Source: a virus (lineage: Duplodnaviria; Caudoviricetes). Taken from it: DNA of 34,238 bases. Positions within the stretch are counted from its first letter, which is position 1, and each line of letters opens with the position of its first letter. Of the stretch, positions 23,826 to 33,173 are shown piece after piece. Under the pieces are notes generated by a model. That model was not told the DNA's origin and did no database searches. It saw nothing but the letters and a program-made list of their open reading frames with translations. The stretch spans positions 1 through 34,238 of IMG/VR virus record IMGVR_UViG_3300031949_000117; one strand, 5' to 3'. Position numbers and translations under genes: made by a program.

Positions 23826-25333
23826 TGCAGCCCTCAGTCAAGCTCACCGCCGATATTATCGAAGCGTTTGCCGGGGCGTTTCTCTCCCCACGCTACGACC
23901 AGCCGGTTCCTACACCAGAGTTTCATCGCGCTGGCTGGGCTCTATATACCTCGGATGAGCCCTTGGTGGCGCTGGCCGCCCCTCGTGAGCACGCGAAGAG
24001 CACTGCACTCACCTTCGCTTACATCTTAGCCGAGGTTGTGTTTCGCGCCTCGGATTATGTTATTCTAATTAGCTCGACTGAGGAGTTGGCAGCAGAGCAG
24101 TTATCGAATATCCGGGAAGAGTTACTAGAGAACGATGACCTACGGGAAGAGTTTGGGATCGTAGGGCTGGAGAAGGATTCCAGCACTGACATCATTGCTA
24201 GCTGTGATGATGGACATCGCTTTAGAGTTCTAGCTCGTGGCTCCGAGCAGAAGATCCGCGGCCGAATGTGGAAGGGCAAGCGGCCTAACCTCATGGTCTG
24301 CGATGACCTGGAAGACGACGAACAGGTTGAGAACAAGGAGCGCCGCGCGAAGTTTCGTCGGTGGGTCTTTCGGGCCGCTCGACAAGCTTTAGGCCGTGGA
24401 GGCCGCTTCCGCGTTCATGGCACGATCTTACACGAAGATTCGCTACTTGCGCGCTTGATGAAGAGCAAGGCCTGGAAGCCTCTCTTCTATAAAGCTCACC
24501 GAGCCTTTGATGACTTCAGCGACATTCTCTGGACTGAGGCCTGGCCCGAGAAGCGCCTCCGCGCTCGCCGCCAGGAGTTCATCGAGGATGGTGATTCCGC
24601 CGGCTACAGCCAGGAGTTTCTGAACGATCCGCAGGACGACGCGGATGCTTACCTTCGCAAGCAGGACTTCCTGCCAATGAGCGAGCAGGAGCGAGAGCGC
24701 CCGAAGGTTATCGGCGCTGCTGCCGATTTCGCTGTCTCCAAGACTGACATGGCCAACCGAACCAGCTTTACTGTTGGTGGGAAGTGCACGCAGAACCTGC
24801 TGCACATAGTGGATCAGCGTGTCGGTCGATGGGCTTCAGTTGAGACCCTCCCCGATGGCACTAAGGCTGGCTGGATTGAAGAGATGTTCAGTATCCAGGC
24901 TCGCTGGAATCCTGAGTTCTTCTGGGTCGAGGATGGAGTGATCTGGCAGGCTATCCGGCATATCGTCTATAATGAGATGCGGGAGCGAGATGTCTGGATG
25001 AACATAGTCGAGGTGCCTTCGGTCAAGGACAAGGCGACGCGTGGCCGCACGCTGCAGAAGCGTTCGCGGGCCGGCGGGATGCGCTTTGATAAAGAGGCCG
25101 AGTGGTATCCTGGCTACGAGACGGAGTTGCTGAAGTTCACCGGCGTCTCCGAGGCGAAGCTCGATGATCAGTTCGATTCGACTTCTCTGCTCGCCATCGG
25201 CTTTGATCGCTACATGGACCGGGTGGAGGAAGAGGACTTCGTGGATGATGAAGAATTTCAGATTCGCATGGCCGCCCGCGCTCGACGTTCTGGGGCTGCC
25301 AGCGACGGTCGATCGCAAGTGACAGGATACTGA
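23825..25333 (+). CDS. terL: Terminase large subunit
   Basis: Walker A APREHAKST, IRG, Walker B VCDDLED, HGTILH, nuclease ADFA and DDQFDS. Confidence 0.93.
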   Translation: MQPSVKLTADIIEAFAGAFLSPRYDQPVPTPEFHRAGWALYTSDEPLVALAAPREHAKSTALTFAYILAEVVFRASDYVILISSTEELAAEQLSNIREELLENDDLREEFGIVGLEKDSSTDIIASCDDGHRFRVLARGSEQKIRGRMWKGKRPNLMVCDDLEDDEQVENKERRAKFRRWVFRAARQALGRGGRFRVHGTILHEDSLLARLMKSKAWKPLFYKAHRAFDDFSDILWTEAWPEKRLRARRQEFIEDGDSAGYSQEFLNDPQDDADAYLRKQDFLPMSEQERERPKVIGAAADFAVSKTDMANRTSFTVGGKCTQNLLHIVDQRVGRWASVETLPDGTKAGWIEEMFSIQARWNPEFFWVEDGVIWQAIRHIVYNEMRERDVWMNIVEVPSVKDKATRGRTLQKRSRAGGMRFDKEAEWYPGYETELLKFTGVSEAKLDDQFDSTSLLAIGFDRYMDRVEEEDFVDDEEFQIRMAARARRSGAASDGRSQVTGY

Positions 25334-25449
25334 TGAAACTTTGCCCGCACTGTAAAGGCCGGCTGATTTATCAGCCCTCGCAGTTTCAATTTTGGTGCAG
25401 CGCCTGTCGGCTGACCTTCAGCCCTGATAGCCTGAAACAACATGCTTGA
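25333..25449 (+). CDS. 38-aa zinc-ribbon microprotein
   Basis: MKLCPHCKGRLIYQPSQFQFWCSACRLTFSPDSLKQHA; TGATG overlap with terL; stop overlaps the portal start. Confidence 0.6.
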   Translation: MKLCPHCKGRLIYQPSQFQFWCSACRLTFSPDSLKQHA

Positions 25450-27577
25450 ACTGAGCACCAAACTTACACTTGACGAAGAGGCGGTTAAATCACCGAATCT
25501 CTGCGGGCGGTTCTCCACCGAGGATCTCAGCAAGCTCGGCAATCATGTCTGGGAGGGCTACGACAGGGACAAGCGCTCCCGCGCGAAGTGGGAGAAGCGC
25601 ACCGCGGCCGCGATGGACTTGGCAATGCAAGTTCAGAAGGACAAATCGTTCCCGTGGCCTGGCTGTTCCAATATCGCCTTCCCCCTTATTACTATCGGCG
25701 CGCTGAACTTTCACTCTCGCGCCTACCCCGCGCTGATCTCCGGTGCAGACATTGTGAAGTGCCGTGTGATCGGGCAAGATCCAACTGGTAGCAAGACTCG
25801 CCGGGCCGGCCGGATCTCCCTGCACATGAGCTGGCAGGCGCTGGAAGAGGACCGCGCCTGGGAAGAGCAGAAGGACCGCTTGCTGATCAACCTTCCGATT
25901 GTAGGGACAGTCTTTGTGAAATCCTACTGGGACGCTAACAAGGGCCATAAGGTTGATGAGACTGTCCTCGCCCAGGACCTCGTGATTGACTACTACGCGA
26001 AGAGCGTGGAGTCCTGCCCGCGAAAGACCCATGTGATCCCGTTCTTCAGAAACGACATTCACGCCGGAATGAAGCGAGAAATCTTCCGCGACGTGAGCGG
26101 GGAAGCCTGGTATGGGCAGCCGCCGGCCGTGAAGCCACTGGATGCCTCGGCGGCCAAGCGAGATAACCGAGTTGGCGTGACGCCGCCGGCTCAGGCTGAC
26201 GAGACGACTCCCTATATCTTCCTGGAGCAGCACGTCGATGTAGATCTTGATGGTGATGGTTACGCCGAGCCTTACATCATCACTATCGAGGAGAGTGAGC
26301 ACTGCGTCGTTCGCATCGTAACCGGCTTTGACCAGCTAGAAGATATAGAGCGAAACAAAGAGAAAGAGATCATCTCTATCCGCCGGATGGAATACTTCAC
26401 CAAGTATTCCTTCATTCCCTCTCCTGATGGCGGTATCTACGATGTAGGCTTCGGAATGCTCCTGGGCCCCCTGAACGAGTCCGTTAATACCGGCATTAAC
26501 CAGCTGACCGATGCTGGCACGATGCAGACAACTCGGGGTGGCTTTCTTGGCCGCGGTGCTAAGATCCGCGGCGGCGTCCACACGATGTCGCCCTTTGGCT
26601 GGACGCGGGTGGACAGTTCCGGCGATGACCTTCGCAAGAACATGGTTCCCTTCGAGCCGGGTGAGCCTTCTCAGGTTCTATTTAGCCTCCTAGGTCTCCT
26701 GATCAACTACGTTGAGCGCCTCAGTGGCACTACCGACCCGATGGTCGGGGAGAACCCTGGGCAGAACACGACCGCCGAGACTATGCGGACGATGGTGCAA
26801 GAAGGCCAGCGGGTCTACACCGCAGTCTTCAAGCGCGTCTGGCGGGCGATGAAGGAAGAGTTCAAGAAGGGCTACATCCTCAACGGTATCTACATGCCGA
26901 CCAGAAAGTCCTTCGGCTCTGGGCAGATGGCGCTGCGAGAGGACTACCTGGGCAACCCAGACGAGGTTGCTCCGGCCGCCGACCCGAATATCGCCTCGGA
27001 ACAGATGCAGATCGTCCAGATTCAGCTGGTCAAGCAGGCCGCGGCTACCACTCCCGGCTACGACGCCGAGGCCGTCGAGCGGCGCTACCTCAAGGTCCTG
27101 AAGGTCGATGCTATCGACGAGATCTTCCCAGGAATGGCCAAGACCGGCGCTCCGAAGGACGTGCGAGTGCAGATCCAGGAGCTGAAGAACGAGAACGCGA
27201 TGCGAGAACTGCAGGCGAATATGCAGCGCTTCGTCATAGAGATGCAGGAAGAGGTCAGGATGAACGATGCGGCTATTGCGAAGATGGCCGCCGAGGTAGT
27301 AACAGCTCAGATGGATACTGCTGGAGACGTTGAGGACCGCAAAGTTGCAGTTATGAACGCAATGCTCGGCATGTTGAAGACTAAGAACGAAACACTGACC
27401 AAGAGGATTGATATTTATCTCAAGCAACTCGATGTTCAAATGAAGGAAATGGAGCTGAAACGTGAGCAACGTGAAGATGCTACTGACAGAGGAAGCGTTC
27501 GCAGATTGGCTGCAGCACCCAGTAACAGAGGCAGTCAAGAAGCTGCTGGCCGCAAAGCGACAGGAGCGCAAGGATGA
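25442..27577 (+). CDS. Portal protein
   Basis: 711 aa directly after TerL; KSFPWPGCSNI, YFTKYSFIPSPDG..Y..GFG, NQLTDAGT motifs; C-terminal coiled coil. Confidence 0.85.
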   Translation: MLELSTKLTLDEEAVKSPNLCGRFSTEDLSKLGNHVWEGYDRDKRSRAKWEKRTAAAMDLAMQVQKDKSFPWPGCSNIAFPLITIGALNFHSRAYPALISGADIVKCRVIGQDPTGSKTRRAGRISLHMSWQALEEDRAWEEQKDRLLINLPIVGTVFVKSYWDANKGHKVDETVLAQDLVIDYYAKSVESCPRKTHVIPFFRNDIHAGMKREIFRDVSGEAWYGQPPAVKPLDASAAKRDNRVGVTPPAQADETTPYIFLEQHVDVDLDGDGYAEPYIITIEESEHCVVRIVTGFDQLEDIERNKEKEIISIRRMEYFTKYSFIPSPDGGIYDVGFGMLLGPLNESVNTGINQLTDAGTMQTTRGGFLGRGAKIRGGVHTMSPFGWTRVDSSGDDLRKNMVPFEPGEPSQVLFSLLGLLINYVERLSGTTDPMVGENPGQNTTAETMRTMVQEGQRVYTAVFKRVWRAMKEEFKKGYILNGIYMPTRKSFGSGQMALREDYLGNPDEVAPAADPNIASEQMQIVQIQLVKQAAATTPGYDAEAVERRYLKVLKVDAIDEIFPGMAKTGAPKDVRVQIQELKNENAMRELQANMQRFVIEMQEEVRMNDAAIAKMAAEVVTAQMDTAGDVEDRKVAVMNAMLGMLKTKNETLTKRIDIYLKQLDVQMKEMELKREQREDATDRGSVRRLAAAPSNRGSQEAAGRKATGAQG

Positions 27578-27731
27578 GTGGGAGGAAGGAAAGGTTCTGG
27601 ACCTTGGCAAGGACCAGCAGCTGCTGCTTAATGCAGCCGCTATTGGTGAGTGTCAGGCGTTCAGGTTTCTGCAAGAGCTGGATTACGAGAGGCTGAAAGG
27701 AGAATTTGAGGATGAATCAGAGCGGACTTGA
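27477..27731 (+). CDS. Hypothetical protein following portal
   Basis: F.DWLQHPVT motif; overlaps the portal 3' end; start uncertain (27462 or 27477). Confidence 0.6.
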   Translation: MLLTEEAFADWLQHPVTEAVKKLLAAKRQERKDEWEEGKVLDLGKDQQLLLNAAAIGECQAFRFLQELDYERLKGEFEDESERT

Positions 27732-28035
27732 GCCAGTAGGACGAGCGGTCTTGATCAGGATGATCGAGCTAGATAGCCTAAAGGCTTCCTTGATCAAGAT
27801 CCCTGATCACGTGCAGCGAAACTCTGCGGTAATGGAACAGCGAGCGGAGATTATCGCGGTCGGTCCAGAGTGCTGGGCCGATGAAAAGGAGCCGCGGGCG
27901 GCTGTCGGTGACAAGGTGATCGTCACTAAGATGGCCGGATATATCACGAAGGGTCCTGCCGACGGGCAGCTGTATCGCCTGGTGAACGACAGGGATGTCT
28001 TTTGCAAGATCTCGAAGGAGAGCAACGGTGGCTGA
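27712..28035 (+). CDS. groES: GroES-like co-chaperonin
   Basis: LEPVGRAVLI, AEIIAVGP, VGDKVIV.KMAG, YRLVNDRDV. Confidence 0.85.
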   Translation: MNQSGLEPVGRAVLIRMIELDSLKASLIKIPDHVQRNSAVMEQRAEIIAVGPECWADEKEPRAAVGDKVIVTKMAGYITKGPADGQLYRLVNDRDVFCKISKESNGG

Positions 28036-28903
28036 CGATAGCACAGAACGGGTAGAAGTAGAGAAGAAGGCACGACTCTTCGGCTGGGTGCCGAAAGAGG
28101 AGTATAAGGGCGAAGAGAAAAGCTGGCTCGACGCGCCAGAATTCGTTGAGCGGGGAGAGCAGATTCTCCCGATTGTGCAGAGCAACAACAGGCGGCTGAT
28201 GGGGCAGATTCACCAGATGGGCACCGAGCTGTCCTCAGTGCAGGAGTCTCTGAAGGCCTCCGATGCGACTATCCGCGCGCTGGAAGAGTCGCGCGATAAG
28301 GACGTGAAGGCGCAGGTCGAGGCCACACGGAAGCAGCTGAAAGAGGAATTGACCCGTGCTTCCCGTGACGGAGATCATGAAGCAGTGGCTGACCTGACAG
28401 ACCAGATGACCCGGCTGACCGCGGCCGAGACCCGGGTTGCTGTGGATGACGAGGGTGATGAGCAGTCTGGAGACAAAGTAACGCCTCGCGGTGGTGATAG
28501 AATCCCGCCGGCCTTGAAGGCTGAGGTCGAGAGTTGGTATGACAAGAATCCTGAGTTTCGCACGAACGCGCGAAAGATCGGACTCGGCCGCGCGATCTCG
28601 GTCGAGTTTCGTCAGGCCGGCGATCTCCGGGTCGGCGCGGAGTTCCTGAACGCTGTAGCTGAGGAGGTCGATAAGGCCCTTGGTGGCAGCGCGCGTGGTG
28701 GCTCCTCCAAGGTCTCCGGAGACAACGGAGGTCGGGGGCGTCAGACAACTGTGACCGGCGGCCAGAAGACCTACGCGGACCTTCCAGCGGAAGCCAAGGC
28801 GGCCTGCGACAAGATGACAGCGCGGCTGGTCGGCCCGAATCGAGCGCATAAGGACATCAAATCCTGGCGCGACAGCTACGTAACGCAATACTACAAGGAG
28901 TAA
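28028..28903 (+). CDS. Putative scaffolding protein
   Basis: AAGGAG RBS, GTG start; ARLFGWVPKEEY, long charged coiled coil; upstream of capsid genes. Confidence 0.65.
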   Translation: MADDSTERVEVEKKARLFGWVPKEEYKGEEKSWLDAPEFVERGEQILPIVQSNNRRLMGQIHQMGTELSSVQESLKASDATIRALEESRDKDVKAQVEATRKQLKEELTRASRDGDHEAVADLTDQMTRLTAAETRVAVDDEGDEQSGDKVTPRGGDRIPPALKAEVESWYDKNPEFRTNARKIGLGRAISVEFRQAGDLRVGAEFLNAVAEEVDKALGGSARGGSSKVSGDNGGRGRQTTVTGGQKTYADLPAEAKAACDKMTARLVGPNRAHKDIKSWRDSYVTQYYKE

Positions 28904-28909
28904 GGAATC

Positions 28910-29485
28910 ATGAGCGCACTTGAACAGAAGGCCGCGGAAGCGCGGGCGAAGATGGAACTACAGAATCCAGCCGCGTCTCTCGACAAAACGGCCGCGGAGC
29001 GCAAGAGGATTCCTCTATCGGTTCCGCAGCGAAAGCTGGAAGTCCAGGATATTCCCGGCTACCATCTTCGCTGGATTCGAGGGACTGCGCAGCGTCTGGC
29101 TCAGGCAGAACGCGCAGGTTACGATTACGTCTCGCCAGAGGAGGTTCAGCTCAACGATACTCTTCTCGGCGGGGACGGAAGCAGAACTGGAAGCACAGAC
29201 ATGGGCTCCAGGGTAAGTGTGGTTGAGGGAGGCGAGACCGACGGCTCCGGAAACGCAATCCGGCTGTATCTGATGAAACAGAAGCAGGAGCACTTTCTTG
29301 AAGATCAGGAAGTTGCACAGAAACGGAATGACTCAGTCGCAGACGCACTAACCGCGGGCTATGCTCAGGGCCGGGTTGGTGGACGAGCAGAGGGCGAGAC
29401 AATGGAAGACCTCGCCAGTCGCTACGTCGATCAGAAGCGGTCGAGGGTGCCGGAACTTTTCAGAAAGAAAAGCGGCCGGCGATAA
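28910..29485 (+). CDS. Head-module hypothetical protein
   Basis: IPGYHLRWI...GY.YV...LYLMK motifs; between scaffold and capsid genes. Confidence 0.7.
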   Translation: MSALEQKAAEARAKMELQNPAASLDKTAAERKRIPLSVPQRKLEVQDIPGYHLRWIRGTAQRLAQAERAGYDYVSPEEVQLNDTLLGGDGSRTGSTDMGSRVSVVEGGETDGSGNAIRLYLMKQKQEHFLEDQEVAQKRNDSVADALTAGYAQGRVGGRAEGETMEDLASRYVDQKRSRVPELFRKKSGRR

Positions 29486-29512
29486 CCCCCACTTTAACCT
29501 GGAGATTTTCAA

Positions 29513-30118
29513 ATGGCAAATGCAGACAAGCCATCAGGACTAAGCCCGGTCGGGTTCCTGAGTGGCGCACCCTGGACGGGAGGCGGTAGAGTCTACTGTA
29601 TCCCGGACACGGATGATACCTTGGTGTATGCGATTGGCGACCCAGTGGTCTGGGCCGGCAGCGCAGACGCACGAGGTGTTCCGACCATTACGCTGGCAAC
29701 CGCTGGCGTTGGCAATACAGTGCTGGGCGCGATCGTTTCGGGAGCAGGGGCTCTGGCCTACGGCGGCCAGTATGGTGTTCCTGCCGACACTCCGATTGTG
29801 ATCCCGGCGACCAAGACACGTAACTACTACGTCCTGGTAGCCGACGATCCGAGCACGATCTTCGAGATCCAGGAGGTCTCGGGCGGCACGGCACTGACAG
29901 CGGCGGAAGTCGGTCTCAACGCGGATCTGGTTTCGGGCACCAACAACGGCTTCGTGTCGGGGTGGGAAGTCAACAACGCCGGCGAAGGCGTAGGTGCAAC
30001 GATTCAGCTGCGGCTGTTGGGGCTGGCCCAGAGAACCGACAACGCCTTTGGCGAGCACGCGAAGTGGTGGGTGACGATCAACCACCACAGCCTCCGCGCT
30101 GGCAACGTCGGACTATAA
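29513..30118 (+). CDS. Putative capsid decoration/minor head protein
   Basis: MANADKPSGLSPV, GDPV, VADDPSTIFEIQ, VTINHH; immediately before the MCP. Confidence 0.65.
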   Translation: MANADKPSGLSPVGFLSGAPWTGGGRVYCIPDTDDTLVYAIGDPVVWAGSADARGVPTITLATAGVGNTVLGAIVSGAGALAYGGQYGVPADTPIVIPATKTRNYYVLVADDPSTIFEIQEVSGGTALTAAEVGLNADLVSGTNNGFVSGWEVNNAGEGVGATIQLRLLGLAQRTDNAFGEHAKWWVTINHHSLRAGNVGL

Positions 30119-30130
30119 AGGAGAACACAC

Positions 30131-31045
30131 ATGCCAGCAGGCGTAATCACCACCGGCTCGCACCCGAAAGCACTCTGGCCGGGAGTGCACGACTTTTGGG
30201 GCCAAGTCTACGAGGCCCATGCAAGAGAGTGGCCAGACCTCTACGACGAGGAAGATTCGGAGCAAGCTTACGAGGAAGATGTCCAGATCACCGGATTCGG
30301 CCTCGCTCCGATCAAGCCTCAGGGTCAGTCACTCACCTACGACTCAGAAGTTCAGGGTCCAGTAACCCGCTACACACATATCGCTTACGCGCTGGGCTAC
30401 ATCTGCACCTACGAAGAGCTGAAGTTCAACCTCTACGAGCAGGTGTCCATGCGCCGGGCGAAGGCGAATGCCTTCTCGATCAATCAGACGATTGAGAACG
30501 TAGCGGCGTTTCTGTATAACAACGCTTTCGTCACTACCTACTTCACTACAGGTGACGGAGTGGCGTTGATCTCGACGGTGCATACGAACACTACCGGCGG
30601 GACTTACAGCAACGAGCTGAGCCCCTCAGCCGACCTCTCCGAAGTCGCATTGGAGGATATGTGCATCCAGATCATGGGCACGCAGAACGACCGCGGGCTG
30701 CTGATCTCGATCATGCCGCAGAGCCTCCACATTCCGCGCCAGGAGTGGTTCAACGCGAATCGGATTCTGCAGTCAGTCCTGCAGTCCGACACAGCGAATA
30801 ACAACATCAACGTGCTGAAGGCGACCAATGCGTTCCCCGGCGGACTGAAGCTGAATCACTACTTTACCTCAGCCAGTCCGTGGTTCGTGAGGACCAACTG
30901 CCCGAACGGGATGCAGATGTATTGGGCGGAGCGGCCGAACTTCGATCAGGACAATGACTTCGATACGAAGAACGCGAAAGCAGCGACGTATATGCTGTTC
31001 AGCGTGGGTTGCACCGACCCGAGGAGCATCTTCGCGTCGCAGTAA
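30131..31045 (+). CDS. Major capsid protein
   Basis: 304 aa, strong RBS, followed by terminator; KALWPGV, GFGLAP.K, YTH..YALG, DGVAL, P.SL.IP, NHYFT...WF, FDT.N motifs. Confidence 0.85.
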   Translation: MPAGVITTGSHPKALWPGVHDFWGQVYEAHAREWPDLYDEEDSEQAYEEDVQITGFGLAPIKPQGQSLTYDSEVQGPVTRYTHIAYALGYICTYEELKFNLYEQVSMRRAKANAFSINQTIENVAAFLYNNAFVTTYFTTGDGVALISTVHTNTTGGTYSNELSPSADLSEVALEDMCIQIMGTQNDRGLLISIMPQSLHIPRQEWFNANRILQSVLQSDTANNNINVLKATNAFPGGLKLNHYFTSASPWFVRTNCPNGMQMYWAERPNFDQDNDFDTKNAKAATYMLFSVGCTDPRSIFASQ

Positions 31046-31058
31046 CTGATTCCCCTTT

Positions 31059-31082
31059 GCCCCTCGTAAGAGGGGCTTTTTT
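31059..31082 (+). terminator. Intrinsic terminator after MCP
   Basis: GCCCCTC-GTAA-GAGGGGC then T6. Confidence 0.88.
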
Positions 31083-31114
31083 AGACGGCCATTATCGTTT
31101 CATAATAGATGGCT
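31083..31114. promoter_or_regulatory. 32-bp palindromic site, copy 4
   Basis: AGACGGCCATTAT-CGTTTC-ATAATAGATGGCT directly after the MCP terminator. Confidence 0.6.
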
Positions 31115-31206
31115 GTCTGAGAAGGCTGGTTCATCGGCCTCGGTGTTGCCCCTATACGGCCGGGGGTGTAGGACGGTTTCCACGAACCCGAGGTTAGGAG
31201 ACTAGT

Positions 31207-32148
31207 ATGACAACTGTAAGAGATGGGTTGTATCAGTGGGGTGGTGCGCCAGTCGGCGGGATGAGCAGGTTTGCGGGTCTGTGGAGAGGCCGAACCTTCT
31301 ACGTCGACGGGACCTCTGGAGTTCTCGGAAACAACGCGCTGACACCGCGCAGGGCAACGACTACGCTGGCTCGCGCGGTTGCTCTTGCCGGCACAGACGA
31401 CACGATCTATATCCGCCCGCAGGCAGTCGGGGTCAGATATACCGAGAACGTAGTCGTTCCAGTCACCACGCACGGTGGTCTGAGCATCATCGGCACTGGC
31501 AACGGCCGCGGGAACTCGGTCTATCAAGCCTGCAGTTTCAAGGGAGCGACCAGCGTAGATTCTCCCATTCTCGACCTCGATTCCTCCTACGCGAACGTGG
31601 AGAACCTTCACTTCTGGTCGAACGCCGCTCAGCTCGTGGTCGGGATGATCAGGATGCGCTGGAATACCGGCGGGGGTCTCAATATCGGGTCCAGCATCAT
31701 CAACTGCTCGTTCTCCGAGAATCCAGACAGCGTGGCCGCCGCCGGGGTGCTTCAGTCCTATATCAGGATGGACAGCACCGAGGGGCAGCTGGTTCAGGGC
31801 TGCATGTTCGAGAACGCTCGGATCGCAATCAGCCTTCACTCGACCGCATCTGCCTGCTATTCCATCAAGATCCTGAACAATAACTTTGGTGGGCTGGCCG
31901 CAGCAGTCGCTGCTGACATTGCGATGACTGATGCTACGATCGTAGACATCAACGATAACACCTTCAATCATGGTGTCCCAACGCAAGCAGCCGCTTACCA
32001 GAAATATATCTTCGTGGTGAGCACTGGGACTGGTGGGATGGCCAGGAACTATCAGGCCGCCAGTGCAGTAGCAAAGGGAACCAACAACACCGCTACCAAC
32101 ATCCTTGCCGCCGGCAACTTCGGCCTCGGCGGTCCCTGGACGAGCTAA
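31207..32148 (+). CDS. Beta-helix (pectin-lyase-like) virion protein
   Basis: FYVDG..G...N..TP..A..TL..AV......DTIYI.P...Y.E motif; NVENLHF, IINCSF, VQGCMF, ILNNNF, INDNTF coils. Confidence 0.75.
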   Translation: MTTVRDGLYQWGGAPVGGMSRFAGLWRGRTFYVDGTSGVLGNNALTPRRATTTLARAVALAGTDDTIYIRPQAVGVRYTENVVVPVTTHGGLSIIGTGNGRGNSVYQACSFKGATSVDSPILDLDSSYANVENLHFWSNAAQLVVGMIRMRWNTGGGLNIGSSIINCSFSENPDSVAAAGVLQSYIRMDSTEGQLVQGCMFENARIAISLHSTASACYSIKILNNNFGGLAAAVAADIAMTDATIVDINDNTFNHGVPTQAAAYQKYIFVVSTGTGGMARNYQAASAVAKGTNNTATNILAAGNFGLGGPWTS

Positions 32149-32149
32149 G

Positions 32150-32353
32150 ATGCTTATCATCGTAAAGGACAGCAAGCCGAAAGGCCAGACGAGAACCCAT
32201 GATGATAAGGTTCTGCAGGAAGCTGGCTGGGGATCTTCCTTCAAGAGTGAAGAGGACTCCGACAAGTGCGGCTTCATCGAAAGGAAGCTGAAGAAGGAGC
32301 TTGGCGCTGACAACAGCAGGGTTACTGCCAAGCTGATCAATCGAGTGCGCTAA
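32150..32353 (+). CDS. Hypothetical protein
   Basis: ATG 32150 right after the upstream stop. Confidence 0.5.
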   Translation: MLIIVKDSKPKGQTRTHDDKVLQEAGWGSSFKSEEDSDKCGFIERKLKKELGADNSRVTAKLINRVR

Positions 32354-32360
32354 CCTGAGT

Positions 32361-32382
32361 GGGGGACTTCGGTCCCCCTTCT
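32361..32382 (+). terminator. UUCG hairpin, probable weak terminator
   Basis: GGGGGAC-TTCG-GTCCCCC then TTCT. Confidence 0.55.
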
Positions 32383-32395
32383 CAAGGAGATTTCT

Positions 32396-33031
32396 ATGAC
32401 GATGAGACCAGTTTACTACAGCTTTACCCCGTCAAATGTAAGCTTGATTGGGATAGCGGAAAACCTAACTGGTGCTGGTCCCTGGGATAGCAGTGATTTC
32501 ACGCGGACAGACGTGCCGGATGGGTTTGCGCATTTCATCAGCTTGGATTCTGCTGCAAATCTCTCGGCTATCAATATCACCATCACAGGCACAGATGCTG
32601 ATAATCAGGTGATTTCTGAGACTCTTGCTGGCCCAAACGCCGCGCCCACCGAGACCACTAAACACTTCAAGACAGTAACAGCAGTCTCGGCCGCCTCGAC
32701 CCTTGGTGGCAATCAGCTGGATGTCGGCTGGGCAGATACGTTCGTCTCCAAGACGATCCCACTGGAGACCTATCTGCACAACGGAACAGTTCAGGCGCAG
32801 GTGACACTCACCGGCATTGCCGGCTTCGACATTGAGGACACCATGAGCGATATTCGACAGTCGCCACAGGTAGAGCAGGCGGATTATACCTGGCTGAACG
32901 ACGCGAACTTCACAGCGAAGAGTGCGAGTCTGTCAGCGGCGCTGGCCGTGGTCGCGCGAGCGATTCGGCTTGTAGTGAATAGCTATACAAATGGGGCGGT
33001 GTTAGAGCTAGGCCTCATCACGCCGGCCTAG
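32396..33031 (+). CDS. Putative virion structural protein
   Basis: AAGGAG RBS; ITITGTDA....ISETLAGPN...TTKHFKTVT; beta-rich. Confidence 0.7.
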   Translation: MTMRPVYYSFTPSNVSLIGIAENLTGAGPWDSSDFTRTDVPDGFAHFISLDSAANLSAINITITGTDADNQVISETLAGPNAAPTETTKHFKTVTAVSAASTLGGNQLDVGWADTFVSKTIPLETYLHNGTVQAQVTLTGIAGFDIEDTMSDIRQSPQVEQADYTWLNDANFTAKSASLSAALAVVARAIRLVVNSYTNGAVLELGLITPA

Positions 33032-33035
33032 GCCG

Positions 33036-33170
33036 ATGGCACAGGGTTCAGCAGGACTACCGGCGGCGTGTAGATCGGTAGAAGTTAGACTTGTTGTGGT
33101 TCTAACGCAGGCAGAGTATGATGCCTTGCCTGTAAAGGACCCAGAGACGTTGTATCTTATCGTGGGGTAG
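33036..33170 (+). CDS. 44-aa protein consisting of a tail-fibre-type module
   Basis: VVVLTQAEYDALPVKDPETLYLI motif. Confidence 0.6.
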   Translation: MAQGSAGLPAACRSVEVRLVVVLTQAEYDALPVKDPETLYLIVG

Positions 33171-33173
33171 CCA

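Noticed and set aside
31081-32340. 419-aa minus-strand ORF, and similar long antisense ORFs over portal and scaffold
   Set aside because: Antisense shadows of well-supported plus-strand genes in GC-rich DNA.
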